Under the pieces are notes generated by a model that was not told the DNA's origin, searched no databases, and was given only the letters and a program-made list of their open reading frames with translations. The translations under genes were made by a program, and so were the position numbers. This document shows positions 8,621 to 18,160 of a stretch of DNA of 64,000 nucleotides, in pieces (the first letter of the stretch is position 1; the number at the start of each line of letters is the position of its first letter). Source of the DNA: an uncultured Planctomycetia bacterium (GTDB lineage: Bacteria > Omnitrophota > Gorgyraeia > 1-14-0-20-64-10); assembly GCA_964373715.1 (NCBI GenBank), contig CAYJVR010000002.1:118521-182520 (forward strand), written 5' to 3'.

Positions 8621-10414
8621 TTAGATCACCTTATCGAGTGTCATCGTTATTAGGATAACAGGCAGATACATGATTGAAGCAAGAAAAAGCCTCCGGGCCG
8701 ACACGTTGGATCGGGTCCAGGCGATTGCCAATCCAAAACCGAGGAAGGTCAGCCCACTGATCAGAGCGGTGAGAAAGTAAAGCCAGCCGGCTAGCCCGAA
8801 TGCCGCCGGCATGAGGCTGACCGGGATCAGTGCGAGCAGGTAAAGAACGATTTGCCGGCTTGTCAGATCTCCATCCGGATCCACGATCGGAAGCATCTTG
8901 AAATCGGCTTTCGCGTAATCTTCCCGGTAGGCCCAAGCGATCGCGAGAAAATGGGGAAGCTGCCAGAGGAAGAGGATCGAAAAAAGTATCCAGGCTTCTA
9001 TGCCGAAGGAGTTTCTTACCGCCGCCCAGCCGATCAGTGGAGGGATGGCGCCGGGAACCGCTCCCGCCAAAGTGCAGAGGGGGGATACCGATTTCATCGG
9101 CGTGTAAATGAACAAGTAGGACCCCGCTGTCAGCGCGGCCAGCCCGCCGGCAAGGGGGTTTGCCCCGAGAGAAAGGATCAAAAAGCCGGCAATCGAAAGC
9201 CCTATGCCGAAAACCAGCGCCGACCGGGGACTGAGGAGCCCCGAGGGCAGAGGGCGATGTTTCGTCCGATCCATCCGGCCATCTGCTTCCCGTTCCATCC
9301 ATTGGTTGAGGGCTCCGGAGCCTCCGCCGACCAAAGCCGTTCCGAAAAAAACGGCCAGCAGGAGGTGGGCGTTAAAAGAGGCCAACGGTGCGGCGAAGAA
9401 AAATCCAAGCAGGCTCGTCAGGACGGCCAAAAAGGTCAGCCTTGGTTTGGTCAGTTCGAGATAAGCGCGCAGAGGCCTGCCCGTCATGAGTGTGGGCTGA
9501 AGCGGCCGGACGATAAAACGGTAGACGGAGGTGGCTAATACGGCGCAGGCGGCCAGAAGGAGGGCCCCTACCGCCACATGTGCGGTGGCTGCTCCGACTG
9601 CGGCCCCCTGAGCAAAGGTGGTTATTCCTAAGATAATCTGAGCCATCAGAAGCCAGGGAAGCAGGCGGGCCGTTCCCTGAAGAAGCCTGTTTCGGCGGTA
9701 CTGCCGCAGGGTTGTCCCGGCAGTCCAGAGGATGCAGGCGGCCGCCGCGAAAGCCCCAGCGGCGTGGGCGCCGATAAGATCCGGCAGCCAGCCGACATGC
9801 CGGAGCGCAGCGCCCAGAATAAGTTGGAGGTAGACCGCCGCTGTGGTGAGAACAGCCATTTTTGCCAACTTCCGGCCTTCTTTTGAAGGCTGCAGGACCA
9901 TCCTTTCAGACAGCCAGGCAGGGGACAGTGCTGTCGCCAGTATAACGAGCGTCGCGAAGAATGCTTGTCCCAGGCAGGCATGCGCTATCGAAATTTCATG
10001 AGGCAGCTGCAGAAGAACGGTCAATCCGCCCAGGATCCCCTGGAAGACCACCAGGGCGAAAGAAACCAGCGCCAGCCAGCGGATAGTGCGGCGCCGTTCA
10101 AGAAAGAGAATACAGAGGGTTTGGGTCAGCGTCAGCAGGCCTACCGTGGCGGCGATCACCCGGTGGCTGTGCTCGAAACGGATTCCTCCCACCATCGGAG
10201 GGAAGAGGCTCCCGTAAGAAAGGGGCCAATCCGGGACGGCCAATCCGGAGTCGGTGGAGGTCACAAGCCCTCCCGCCATGACCAGGATGAACCCGGCTGC
10301 CGCTGTTAACAGGGAGAACCGGTACAGAAAAAAGGAACCGCTTCTGCGCGGCTGAGAAACGGATGTCCGGCTGGAATCTTTCGTGAGTTCTGTTGTTGCC
10401 CGCGTGCTGCTCAC
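8621..10414 (-). CDS. Fused heme A synthase (CtaA/COX15) and protoheme IX farnesyltransferase (CtaB/CyoE). The true start is probably the GTG at 10414 that overlaps the coxA stop; the 815-aa ORF in the track is an artefactual 5' extension.
   Basis: N-terminal half: GGLVTSTDSGLAVPDWPL plus multiple His-containing TM helices (CtaA). C-terminal half: YLELTKPRLTFL, GGGSGALNQWMEREADGRMDRTKHRPL, PPLIGWAAV (UbiA/CtaB). GTGA overlap with the coxA stop. Confidence 0.85.
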   Translation of the reverse strand: MSSTRATTELTKDSSRTSVSQPRRSGSFFLYRFSLLTAAAGFILVMAGGLVTSTDSGLAVPDWPLSYGSLFPPMVGGIRFEHSHRVIAATVGLLTLTQTLCILFLERRRTIRWLALVSFALVVFQGILGGLTVLLQLPHEISIAHACLGQAFFATLVILATALSPAWLSERMVLQPSKEGRKLAKMAVLTTAAVYLQLILGAALRHVGWLPDLIGAHAAGAFAAAACILWTAGTTLRQYRRNRLLQGTARLLPWLLMAQIILGITTFAQGAAVGAATAHVAVGALLLAACAVLATSVYRFIVRPLQPTLMTGRPLRAYLELTKPRLTFLAVLTSLLGFFFAAPLASFNAHLLLAVFFGTALVGGGSGALNQWMEREADGRMDRTKHRPLPSGLLSPRSALVFGIGLSIAGFLILSLGANPLAGGLAALTAGSYLFIYTPMKSVSPLCTLAGAVPGAIPPLIGWAAVRNSFGIEAWILFSILFLWQLPHFLAIAWAYREDYAKADFKMLPIVDPDGDLTSRQIVLYLLALIPVSLMPAAFGLAGWLYFLTALISGLTFLGFGLAIAWTRSNVSARRLFLASIMYLPVILITMTLDKVI

Positions 10415-12156
10415 CGAGGAGGGTTCCCCGAGGGTTTTTCCGTCTGGAGCTGCCAGTCCTTCTTCATTCCGGGCACGGAATATTCGTACGGCCCGCAATA
10501 AACGGTGACCGGCCCCGTGAAGTTGCCGTGAGGCGGGGGGGAAGGGGTGATCCATTCCAAAGTTGTGGCTTCCCAAGGGTTTTCCCCGGCCTTCTCCCCG
10601 CGGATCAGGCTCCAGAAGAAGTTCACCATGAAGATAAGCTGGGATGCCATCAGGCAGAAGGCGCCGATGCTCATGAGCTGGTTTAAATCTTTGAAATGGA
10701 CGAGGCCGGTGTACTGGGTATAGTCGTAAATCCGGCGCGGCATGCCGCCCATCCCTAAGACGAACATCGGGAACATCACCATATTGAAGAAGATGAAGGT
10801 CGGCCAGAAATGGATTTTCCCGAGCAGGTCGTTCATTTTCCGGCCGAACATCTTCGGATACCAGAAGGTAATGCCGGCAAAGGCGCCGAAAAGAGAACCG
10901 CCGAACAGGACGTAATGGAGATGTCCCACCACGAAATAGGTGTCGTGCAGGTACATATCCACCGGCGCGGAGCCCAAGAAAATGCCGGTTAATCCGCCGA
11001 TAACAAACATGGAGATGAATCCCAGCGCATGCAGCATCGGCGTAGTTATCCGGATGGAACCTCTCCAAAGCGTTGCCAGCCAGCTGAATACCTTGATGCC
11101 GGTCGGTACCGCAATCAGCATTGTCGAAATCATGAAGGTTGTGCCCAGCGCGGGATTCATTCCTGTCTGGAACATATGATGCGCCCAGACGAGGAACCCG
11201 ACGGCACCGATGCCCACTGCCGAGTAGGCGATCGCTTTGTATCCGAAGATCGGCTTTCGCGCGAAAGTCGGAAGGATGTCGGATATGAATCCCATCGCCG
11301 GAAGGATCATGATGTAAACAGCCGGGTGGGAGTAGAACCAGAAAAGGTGCTGCCAGAGAATAGGCTGTCCGCCCGCGTGGGCCGTCAGAGGATCGCCGTT
11401 AATGATCATGCCGGCGGGGAGGAAAAAGCTGGTCCCGAGCGTCCGGTCCAGCAGCAGCAGGATCATGGCCGAAGCGAGCACCGGCGTCGCCAGCACGGTC
11501 AGGATCGCCGTGGTGAACAAGGCCCAGATGGAGATCGGCATCCTGTGGAAGCTCATTCCGGGAGCCCTGTGGTTGATGATTGTGGCGATATAGTTGACGC
11601 CGCCGAAGATCGAAGAGAAACCGAGCAGGATTACGCCGGACACCCAGCAGGTTTGCCCCATTCCAGATGTCTCTTTCAAACCGCTTAAGGGCGGATAAGC
11701 GGTCCATCCGGTCGCTGCTGCCCCCCCTTCCACGAAAAAGCCGAACAGGACGATAGCCGCCGCGGGAACAAACATCCAGAAGGAAAGCATGTTCAGCCTC
11801 GGGAAGGCCATATCCGCGGCGCCGATCTTCAGCGGGATCAGGTAGTTGCCGAAGGCTCCCACCAAAAGGGGAATAATCCCGAAAAAGATCATGATCGAGC
11901 CGTGCATCGTAAAGAGCATGTTGTAGTATTCAGGCACCATCACTCCGCCCGGCATTCCTTCTGGGGCGATCTTTTCCATAAAACCCAACGGGGCGCCCGG
12001 CCAGCCCAGCTGCCAGCGCATCAGCATCGCCAGCAGGCCTCCCACCACCATGAACAGGAGGGAACTGATGAGGAACTGGATACCGATGACCTTGTGGTCG
12101 GTGGAGAAGATGTACTTCCGGATAAAACCGGGTTTCTGATGAGATGCGCTACTCAT
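10411..12156 (-). CDS. ctaD: Cytochrome c oxidase subunit I (heme-copper oxidase catalytic subunit)
   Basis: HGSIMIFF, WAHHMF, GGLTGI and HDTYFVVGHLHYVL motifs; 12 or more TM helices. Confidence 0.95.
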   Translation of the reverse strand: MSSASHQKPGFIRKYIFSTDHKVIGIQFLISSLLFMVVGGLLAMLMRWQLGWPGAPLGFMEKIAPEGMPGGVMVPEYYNMLFTMHGSIMIFFGIIPLLVGAFGNYLIPLKIGAADMAFPRLNMLSFWMFVPAAAIVLFGFFVEGGAAATGWTAYPPLSGLKETSGMGQTCWVSGVILLGFSSIFGGVNYIATIINHRAPGMSFHRMPISIWALFTTAILTVLATPVLASAMILLLLDRTLGTSFFLPAGMIINGDPLTAHAGGQPILWQHLFWFYSHPAVYIMILPAMGFISDILPTFARKPIFGYKAIAYSAVGIGAVGFLVWAHHMFQTGMNPALGTTFMISTMLIAVPTGIKVFSWLATLWRGSIRITTPMLHALGFISMFVIGGLTGIFLGSAPVDMYLHDTYFVVGHLHYVLFGGSLFGAFAGITFWYPKMFGRKMNDLLGKIHFWPTFIFFNMVMFPMFVLGMGGMPRRIYDYTQYTGLVHFKDLNQLMSIGAFCLMASQLIFMVNFFWSLIRGEKAGENPWEATTLEWITPSPPPHGNFTGPVTVYCGPYEYSVPGMKKDWQLQTEKPSGNPPR

Positions 12157-12811
12157 TTGCCTTGGTCTCCCTCAGCCAAGCTTCAAAATCGATCAAAGGT
12201 TCCGTCTTCACAAATCCCTTCATGCGGTAGTGGCCCAGGCCGCATAATTCGGCGCACCGGATTTCGAATTCCCCAGCCTGCGTCGCTTCAATCCAGACCT
12301 CATTGTTCATGCCCGGCACGGCGTCCTGTTTGATCCTCAGCTCGGGTACGAAAAAGCTGTGGATGACGTCTTTCGATTTCACGTGGACCAGGACAGGCAC
12401 GCCGACAGGCAGGTGGAGCTGGTTGATCGTCGCGATGTCATCCTCCGTGTTGAACTGGCTGTCGGGACCGGGGTACCGGACGTTCCAGACGAATTGCTCG
12501 CCCAGGAGCTCTATTTGCAGAGAGGTTGCCGGCGCGAATCTCGGGTACCGGATTTCGGCCCATACCTTCTGGCTGGCGACGGTCAGCAGCAGCAGAATGA
12601 CGGCCGGTATCGCTGTCCAGACCACCTCAATCAGCGTGTTTCCGTGGAGGTACTGGGCTTTTTTCCCCGGTTTGGCCCGGTAGATCAGGACAAAGGCGAG
12701 CAAGACTCCCTGAACCAGGAAGAAAAAGAAGCCGGTAATCCAGACGATGACCCAGAAAAGCTGGTCAACCTGGTGGCCGTAGCTGGAAACATTCGGAGGA
12801 AGCCAATTCAT
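12149..12811 (-). CDS. ctaC: Cytochrome c oxidase subunit II (CuA; no fused cytochrome c domain)
   Basis: Two N-terminal TM helices and a CuA site (HSFFVPELRIKQDAVPG...CAELCGLGHYRM). Confidence 0.9.
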   Translation of the reverse strand: MNWLPPNVSSYGHQVDQLFWVIVWITGFFFFLVQGVLLAFVLIYRAKPGKKAQYLHGNTLIEVVWTAIPAVILLLLTVASQKVWAEIRYPRFAPATSLQIELLGEQFVWNVRYPGPDSQFNTEDDIATINQLHLPVGVPVLVHVKSKDVIHSFFVPELRIKQDAVPGMNNEVWIEATQAGEFEIRCAELCGLGHYRMKGFVKTEPLIDFEAWLRETKANE

Positions 12812-12838
12812 GGAGGCGGTATCGGTCCTTGTATTGGC

Positions 12839-13594
12839 TTACTGGGCGGCCTTGAAGGCAAACGATACCTGCTTCGTTTCTCCGTCCGCCACCGTGACCG
12901 ACTGGGTCTGCGCGCCGAGCTTCTCGTGCCATGCCGAGACCGTGTAGGTGCCGGCCGGAAGGTTTGCCAAGCTGAACGATCCGTTCGCGTCCGAAACGGC
13001 GAAAAACGGGTTGGTTGTCACCACCGCGTGAGCGTTCATCCAGGGGTGAACGTTGCACTTGAAGGAGATACCCTCCGGCTGATCGAAACTTTTGGAGATC
13101 TTCATTCCCTTTGTCGGTTGGGCGATGTTGAATTTTTTGTTGAGCTTCGGCTGGCAGTTAACGTTATGGAGGGTCGGGTCGTTGTTCACAATCTCCAGCG
13201 GTTGGCCGGCCTGGATCGCAAAAACGTGCGGTTGGTAAACACAGCCGGTTTGGTTCAGCACGACCGGGGTCTTCGGGGCGGGGTAGGTCCCAGGAGCGAT
13301 CCCTTCCTTAATGTAGATGACGACGTTCTGGAGCTTTCCGCCATTGGCCAGCATCGATTCCTCCAAAACTGGGTCCTTGTGCTGCTGCTGGCAAGCCGGG
13401 TCGGCGTTCATCTTGATCTTCTGCATCGCGGGAGCGGTTCCATCAAAGGTGACTGTTCCGTTGAGGGATGAGGTTCCCGTCGCGGCGCGGGCTTCGGTCG
13501 CGGAACCGGCAGCCAATGCGGTCCCGGCGGCCAGTGCCAGCGCAAAAACAGTAAACCCGAACATGCTGAAACCGGACTTCGAAAGATTTCCCAT
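12839..13594 (-). CDS. Secreted cupredoxin (type-1 blue copper) protein with a C-terminal Ig-like / carboxypeptidase-regulatory-like domain
   Basis: Signal peptide; upstream His (LHNVN) plus a C-x2-H-x2-M motif (CNVHPWM); C-terminal SDANGSFSLANLPAGTYTVSAW beta-sandwich signature. Confidence 0.65.
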   Translation of the reverse strand: MGNLSKSGFSMFGFTVFALALAAGTALAAGSATEARAATGTSSLNGTVTFDGTAPAMQKIKMNADPACQQQHKDPVLEESMLANGGKLQNVVIYIKEGIAPGTYPAPKTPVVLNQTGCVYQPHVFAIQAGQPLEIVNNDPTLHNVNCQPKLNKKFNIAQPTKGMKISKSFDQPEGISFKCNVHPWMNAHAVVTTNPFFAVSDANGSFSLANLPAGTYTVSAWHEKLGAQTQSVTVADGETKQVSFAFKAAQ

Positions 13595-13652
13595 GTGAAT
13601 ATCTCCTTAAGTTTTTAGACAGTTATAAGCGCGTGCTCAAGAGGGTAAAACG

Positions 13653-15089
13653 TTACTTCAAGATGAAATTGACCCAGTTCGAGTTGGAGCGGCGGCGTCC
13701 CTGTTCCTGGTTTCCGCCGTCCCAGACCGTCAAGCCGATCAGCGTTGCTTCGCGGGAATCCAGAGCGACCCTGTCTTTTAATGAGGATTGCAATGGACGC
13801 TTCAAGAGCAGCGTCCACTGCCCGTCCGCGTAAGAGGCCTCCGCCGTAAGGGTTTCTCCCTGGGTTTTACCCGTTTCCAAGTCTGCTGTTCCCTGAACGA
13901 CAGCTTCCGATGCCCCGTTTTTACCGGCGGACCAGTAGCTGACATCGAGAGAAGGGGCGTCCTGGGAAGCTGGCCAGCTGCGCAGGGATCCGACGGTCCA
14001 TTTCATCGCCCGATTCGGCATAAGAATAATGCCGAGCGCGTCCGGGGGCGTCTGGCGGCTTTCGTCCGGATCATCCCACTGAAGACGAAAGATAACCGCC
14101 TCCTCATTGTACATCGCCTGGACGGAAACCGCATTCACGCGGACAGGCTCGATCTGCCCTTCCTTGTAGAGCTGGTTGCTCATCTGCAGGTCGGTGCGGG
14201 AAACCTGGCTCCACACCGGGTCTTGCGCTGTTTCCGGCAGACGCTGGCTCCGTTTCGCCTCTATCGTGCGGTTCCAGAGAGGGGCCTTCTGCAGGGAATT
14301 TACGTAATAGGCCAAAGCCCAGGCATCCTCTTTCGAGGAGATCGCGTCGGCGTAGGAGGGCATCGGGGTTCCGTCAATGCCGGTCATGATTCTCGTGACA
14401 ATCTCTTTCGGGCTTGATCCCCCCCTGTAGTTCCAGCCCTGCGTCAGGTTGGCGGGACGGATCGAGTTGCCCCAGTTATCCACCAGGGTCGCGGCGGACG
14501 GCCCGTCGCCGCGGCCGGCATTGCCGTGGCAGGAGGCGCATCCCAGCTGGGTGTACGACTCCTTCCCTTTGGCGATGCCGGCTTTTTCGGGACCGGGATC
14601 ATTCCCAAAGTTGACGACTTCCGGTTTAGAGTTCTCTTCCAGGAAGACGGGGGCCAGGCTTTTAACGAAATACACAAGCTGCCAGCGGGTTTCTTCCGGA
14701 AGCCTTTGGAATTCCGGCATCCGGCTGCCCGGCAGGCCGTTGGTGATCGTGTTAAAGAGGTCCTGGTCGGTCGGGACCGTGCCGCTGGCGGTGGTCCGGA
14801 ACTTGAAAACCCCTTCCGCGATATTTCTCGGTTTTGGGTCCATTTGCGCGGCGTCGGGGCCGTTCCCGGTGCCGGTTTCTCCGTGACAGCGGGTGCAGTT
14901 GGCGGCAAACGCCTCTTTGCCGGCCGCCAGATCGGGCGCCGGTTTGACGGGTGCCGTATCGGCGTAAGAGGGAATACTGCCGCTTGTCAGGATAAGCCAC
15001 GCGCACAGGCCGGCGAAGGCCACCGCGGCCAAGCAGGAAGGCTTTCGCGCCATTCCCCGATTCGATTTTAGGAAAATTGCAGGATTCAT
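13653..15089 (-). CDS. Dihaem cytochrome c fused to an EB_dh-like (ethylbenzene-dehydrogenase-type haem-binding / DOMON-like) domain; first gene of the oxidase operon
   Basis: Signal peptide/TM; two CxxCH sites (CTRCH, CASCH); C-terminal about 200 aa with YWSAG...TVWDGGNQEQG resembling the EB_dh fold. Confidence 0.7.
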   Translation of the reverse strand: MNPAIFLKSNRGMARKPSCLAAVAFAGLCAWLILTSGSIPSYADTAPVKPAPDLAAGKEAFAANCTRCHGETGTGNGPDAAQMDPKPRNIAEGVFKFRTTASGTVPTDQDLFNTITNGLPGSRMPEFQRLPEETRWQLVYFVKSLAPVFLEENSKPEVVNFGNDPGPEKAGIAKGKESYTQLGCASCHGNAGRGDGPSAATLVDNWGNSIRPANLTQGWNYRGGSSPKEIVTRIMTGIDGTPMPSYADAISSKEDAWALAYYVNSLQKAPLWNRTIEAKRSQRLPETAQDPVWSQVSRTDLQMSNQLYKEGQIEPVRVNAVSVQAMYNEEAVIFRLQWDDPDESRQTPPDALGIILMPNRAMKWTVGSLRSWPASQDAPSLDVSYWSAGKNGASEAVVQGTADLETGKTQGETLTAEASYADGQWTLLLKRPLQSSLKDRVALDSREATLIGLTVWDGGNQEQGRRRSNSNWVNFILK

Positions 15090-15209
15090 GGAAAGAGCCC
15101 CATTCTAACCGATTGAAAAGCCCCTTTCAAGCTCAAGACAGGGAAGTTTCTCACAAATCTTTTTTCTGGAAGGTAGAATACGTTTTGACCGGAACAAAAG
15201 GGGAGACCT

Positions 15210-16910
15210 ATGCGTTACGGAAAGCGAATTGCCGTCGTGCTGCTGATCCTTATCGGTTTAGGGATCTACCACAATAGCCTCCGCAATCCTCTTTTTTGGG
15301 ATGACGAAGAGACGATCACCAAGAACGTTTTTGTCCAATCGGCGCGCTACATCCCTGAGATCTTCCGAAATTCTTACCACGCCGGTTCCGGTATCACGGT
15401 AGCCTTTTACCGCCCCCTGACCTCGCTGACTTTTTTGCTGGATTATCACCTCTGGAAACTCAAACCGTTCGGCTACCATTTGAGCAATATTCTGCTGCAT
15501 ACCGGGAATGCCATCCTGATTTTCCTCCTTTTCGGGATGATTTTCCGAAAAAAGAGGGTCGCCTTCCTTTCGGCGCTGCTTTTCCTGGTCCATCCTCTGA
15601 ACAGCGAAGCGGTGAATTACGTTTCCAACAGGACCGACCTGCTGATGCTCTTTTTCTTCCTCCTTTCCTTTTGGAGTTATGTGGCCTACCGCCGGGAAGG
15701 TAAGATCCCTCTGCTGGCGCTTTGTTTCGCGGGTTACATCTGTTCGGTCCTTTCGAAGGAGATGGGTCTGGTTCTGCCGCTGTTTCTTTTGGCTTACGAA
15801 AGGATTGTCCATAAGCCTCTGGAGGTTTCCGCGCTTGCCGTGCGGACGGGCGGGACCACCGGGCGGGGAAAGATGAAGAAAATACGCCGTCTGGAGGCGA
15901 AAAAAAAGAGGTCGCTGTGGCCGATATTCCTGGTTTTCGCCGTGCTCGTTATCGGCTATGCCGTGCTGCGGCTGACCGTTCTCAACTTCACGAATGCCAA
16001 CCTGATTACCGGCGGGCCCGGCAAAATACCGTTCCATAAAGATCCGGTTGTTCGGTTTCTCACCGTATCAAAAGGGTTTGCCATCTATCTGAGGCTGTTC
16101 TTTCTGCCTATAAACCTCCACATGGAGTATGACCGTCCCGTCATCCTTTCCAGATGGGATCTCTCCGGATGGCTGGCCGTAGCGATTTTCTGCGCCGCCG
16201 CGGCTTTGCTGTTTTGGTGGGGCAGGAAGGCAAGGGATCCGAAAGTGCTCTTCGGTGCGTCCTGGTTTTGTATCGGGCTCCTGCCTGTTTCAGGAATCAT
16301 CGTTCCGATGAACAACACGGTCAGCGAACATTACGTTTACCTGTCGTCAGCCGGGTTCTTTCTCTGCGTCTCTGTCGCGGCGGTTAATCTCTATGAGCAG
16401 CTCCGCCTTCGATGGGCCCGTGCCGTGACGATTTCGGCGGGCATTCTCCTGGTTGTTTTGTTGGGCGCGATGACATTCCGGCAAAACCGGATTTGGTCCG
16501 ACCCCCGAGAGTTTTTTCTCCATATCACAAGAGTAACGACAGGTTCTTTCCGCGCGAACAATAACGCCGGCATGGAATATTGGAAACGGGGCGACATGAA
16601 AAAAGCGGAGGAATACTTCAGGCGTTCGATGGAGATAAATCCCAATTACGCCGTTGCCGTTAATAACGTCGGCTACATTGAGGACACGCATGGGAACCTG
16701 GAAAAAGCGGAACAGCTGTACGTGAGAGCGGTTTGGCTGGATCCCACGTATTTATTGGCGAAAAGAAACCTCGCCAATCTTTACATCCGGATGAAAAAGT
16801 ACAAGCAAGCGACAGAACAGATTCAGGATATCCTCAGGCGGTATCCTTACGACCAGCAGGCACGGGATCTGCTGAAGTACATCCCGTCCAAGCCGCCTTC
16901 AAGCGGCTGA
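15210..16910 (+). CDS. Polytopic membrane protein with C-terminal TPR repeats (TMTC/PMT-like; DUF1736-type)
   Basis: About 10 TM helices in the N-terminal 400 aa. TPR-like repeats in the last 120 aa (AEEYFRRSMEINPNYAVAVNNVGYI..., AEQLYVRAVWLDPTYLLAKRNLANLY). Confidence 0.7.
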   Translation: MRYGKRIAVVLLILIGLGIYHNSLRNPLFWDDEETITKNVFVQSARYIPEIFRNSYHAGSGITVAFYRPLTSLTFLLDYHLWKLKPFGYHLSNILLHTGNAILIFLLFGMIFRKKRVAFLSALLFLVHPLNSEAVNYVSNRTDLLMLFFFLLSFWSYVAYRREGKIPLLALCFAGYICSVLSKEMGLVLPLFLLAYERIVHKPLEVSALAVRTGGTTGRGKMKKIRRLEAKKKRSLWPIFLVFAVLVIGYAVLRLTVLNFTNANLITGGPGKIPFHKDPVVRFLTVSKGFAIYLRLFFLPINLHMEYDRPVILSRWDLSGWLAVAIFCAAAALLFWWGRKARDPKVLFGASWFCIGLLPVSGIIVPMNNTVSEHYVYLSSAGFFLCVSVAAVNLYEQLRLRWARAVTISAGILLVVLLGAMTFRQNRIWSDPREFFLHITRVTTGSFRANNNAGMEYWKRGDMKKAEEYFRRSMEINPNYAVAVNNVGYIEDTHGNLEKAEQLYVRAVWLDPTYLLAKRNLANLYIRMKKYKQATEQIQDILRRYPYDQQARDLLKYIPSKPPSSG

Positions 16911-16915
16911 AAACC

Positions 16916-18160
16916 TCAGCTGCCAATCAGTTTTGCCAGAGACGCGGTCAGCACGCCCAGATAAGTTCCAACGCAATTTCCAAGGATTGCCATTAACAGG
17001 GCGGCCGTCGCCAGCTTGGGATGATACGTTGCCCCGACGATCGGGCCGGAGATGACTCCTCCAATGCTTGCTTGGGAGGCGGAAGCGATCAGTCCGAGCG
17101 GCGCCCGAAGAAAATAGCCGCCGATCAGCAGAAACATCCCATGGATTCCGATCCAAACCAATCCCAACGACAGGAAGACCGGCGTTTCGAAGATAGCCCT
17201 GAGGTTGCCCCGAGCCCCGATCGAGGTGAGCAGAAGGAAAAGGAGGAACGTTCCCGTCCGGGAGAGAAGCGGTGTTTTAAGGGATGCGATCGGCAACAAA
17301 GAAATGAAAATTCCAGCCGAGGTAATCAGCAGGATTGTCCATGTGGAAGAGGTGATCACCTGGCCGACCGTTGGCAACCAACCCGCCACGCTCTGCGCTC
17401 CTAATGACACCCCTACGCTTAACAAAATAACAACTGTGATTTGAGAGATTAGGGCAAAGGGCGGCCCCATCCGAGCATCGTCAGGAGGCGGCGCGGGCAA
17501 GGTGTCCCGCCCTAAGGCGGGACGAGCGCTGCCGGATGTCGAAGTGAGGACCGCCTCGCTGGGGCGGTCCGAATGGTGATCGGACGGGGCGCCCGATGAC
17601 CTCGACATCCAGCGGTCCCAGCGGTTTTGCTGGCTTGATCCCCAAATCAGCAGCGCCATCCAGCTATACGTTATCAGCGCGTCCACCACGATCACCGGGC
17701 CCATGAGAGAATCGGAAGTACCGAGGGCTTCCTTTACTGCTACCAGATTTGCCGATCCTCCGATCCAGGTGGCCGAAAGGGCTCCAATGGCGGCCCACGA
17801 GCCGGACGGAAGGATCCCTTTATGGAACTGGAAGCTGATAAGTCCGCCGACGATTGTCCCGGCAGCCCCCAAGCCCATAAGCAAAAACGATAATCGGCCC
17901 AGACGGACGATTCCTTTTAGGTCGGCAGGGATGAGCAGCAGAAGCAGGCAGACCGGCAGCAGGTGGCGCGAGAAAAAAGGGTAAAGCGGGTTCGACAACG
18001 GCAGCCAACCGGCCGTTGCGGCGGCCATCGGGATCATATAGCACCAAAACGGTAAAGGAAGAAAGCCGAAGAGCCGGGCTGTAAAGGGATGTTTTTCCAG
18101 TTGGTAAAGAACCGCCACCAGTCCGGTCAGGATGGCCAAGAGAGCGAAAGGGGAGGTCAT
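16916..18160 (-). CDS. DUF819-family integral membrane protein
   Basis: More than 10 TM helices with a central Pro/Ser-rich loop; last gene of the peptide-recycling operon. Family recalled from similar YjcL/DUF819 architectures. Confidence 0.6.
   Translation of the reverse strand: MTSPFALLAILTGLVAVLYQLEKHPFTARLFGFLPLPFWCYMIPMAAATAGWLPLSNPLYPFFSRHLLPVCLLLLLIPADLKGIVRLGRLSFLLMGLGAAGTIVGGLISFQFHKGILPSGSWAAIGALSATWIGGSANLVAVKEALGTSDSLMGPVIVVDALITYSWMALLIWGSSQQNRWDRWMSRSSGAPSDHHSDRPSEAVLTSTSGSARPALGRDTLPAPPPDDARMGPPFALISQITVVILLSVGVSLGAQSVAGWLPTVGQVITSSTWTILLITSAGIFISLLPIASLKTPLLSRTGTFLLFLLLTSIGARGNLRAIFETPVFLSLGLVWIGIHGMFLLIGGYFLRAPLGLIASASQASIGGVISGPIVGATYHPKLATAALLMAILGNCVGTYLGVLTASLAKLIGS

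Noticed and set aside
10414-11068. 5' extension of the ctaA-ctaB ORF (815 aa in the track)
   Set aside because: This part overlaps coxA on the same strand in another frame and is Arg/His/Pro-rich with no motif. The CtaA TM1 begins just downstream of the GTG at 10414.
12359-13471. 370-aa plus-strand ORF
   Set aside because: Antisense to coxB and the cupredoxin gene; low-complexity Arg/Val/Asp composition; no domain.
15258-16037. 259-aa minus-strand ORF
   Set aside because: Antisense to the TPR membrane protein; Arg/Gln-rich, no TM or motif.
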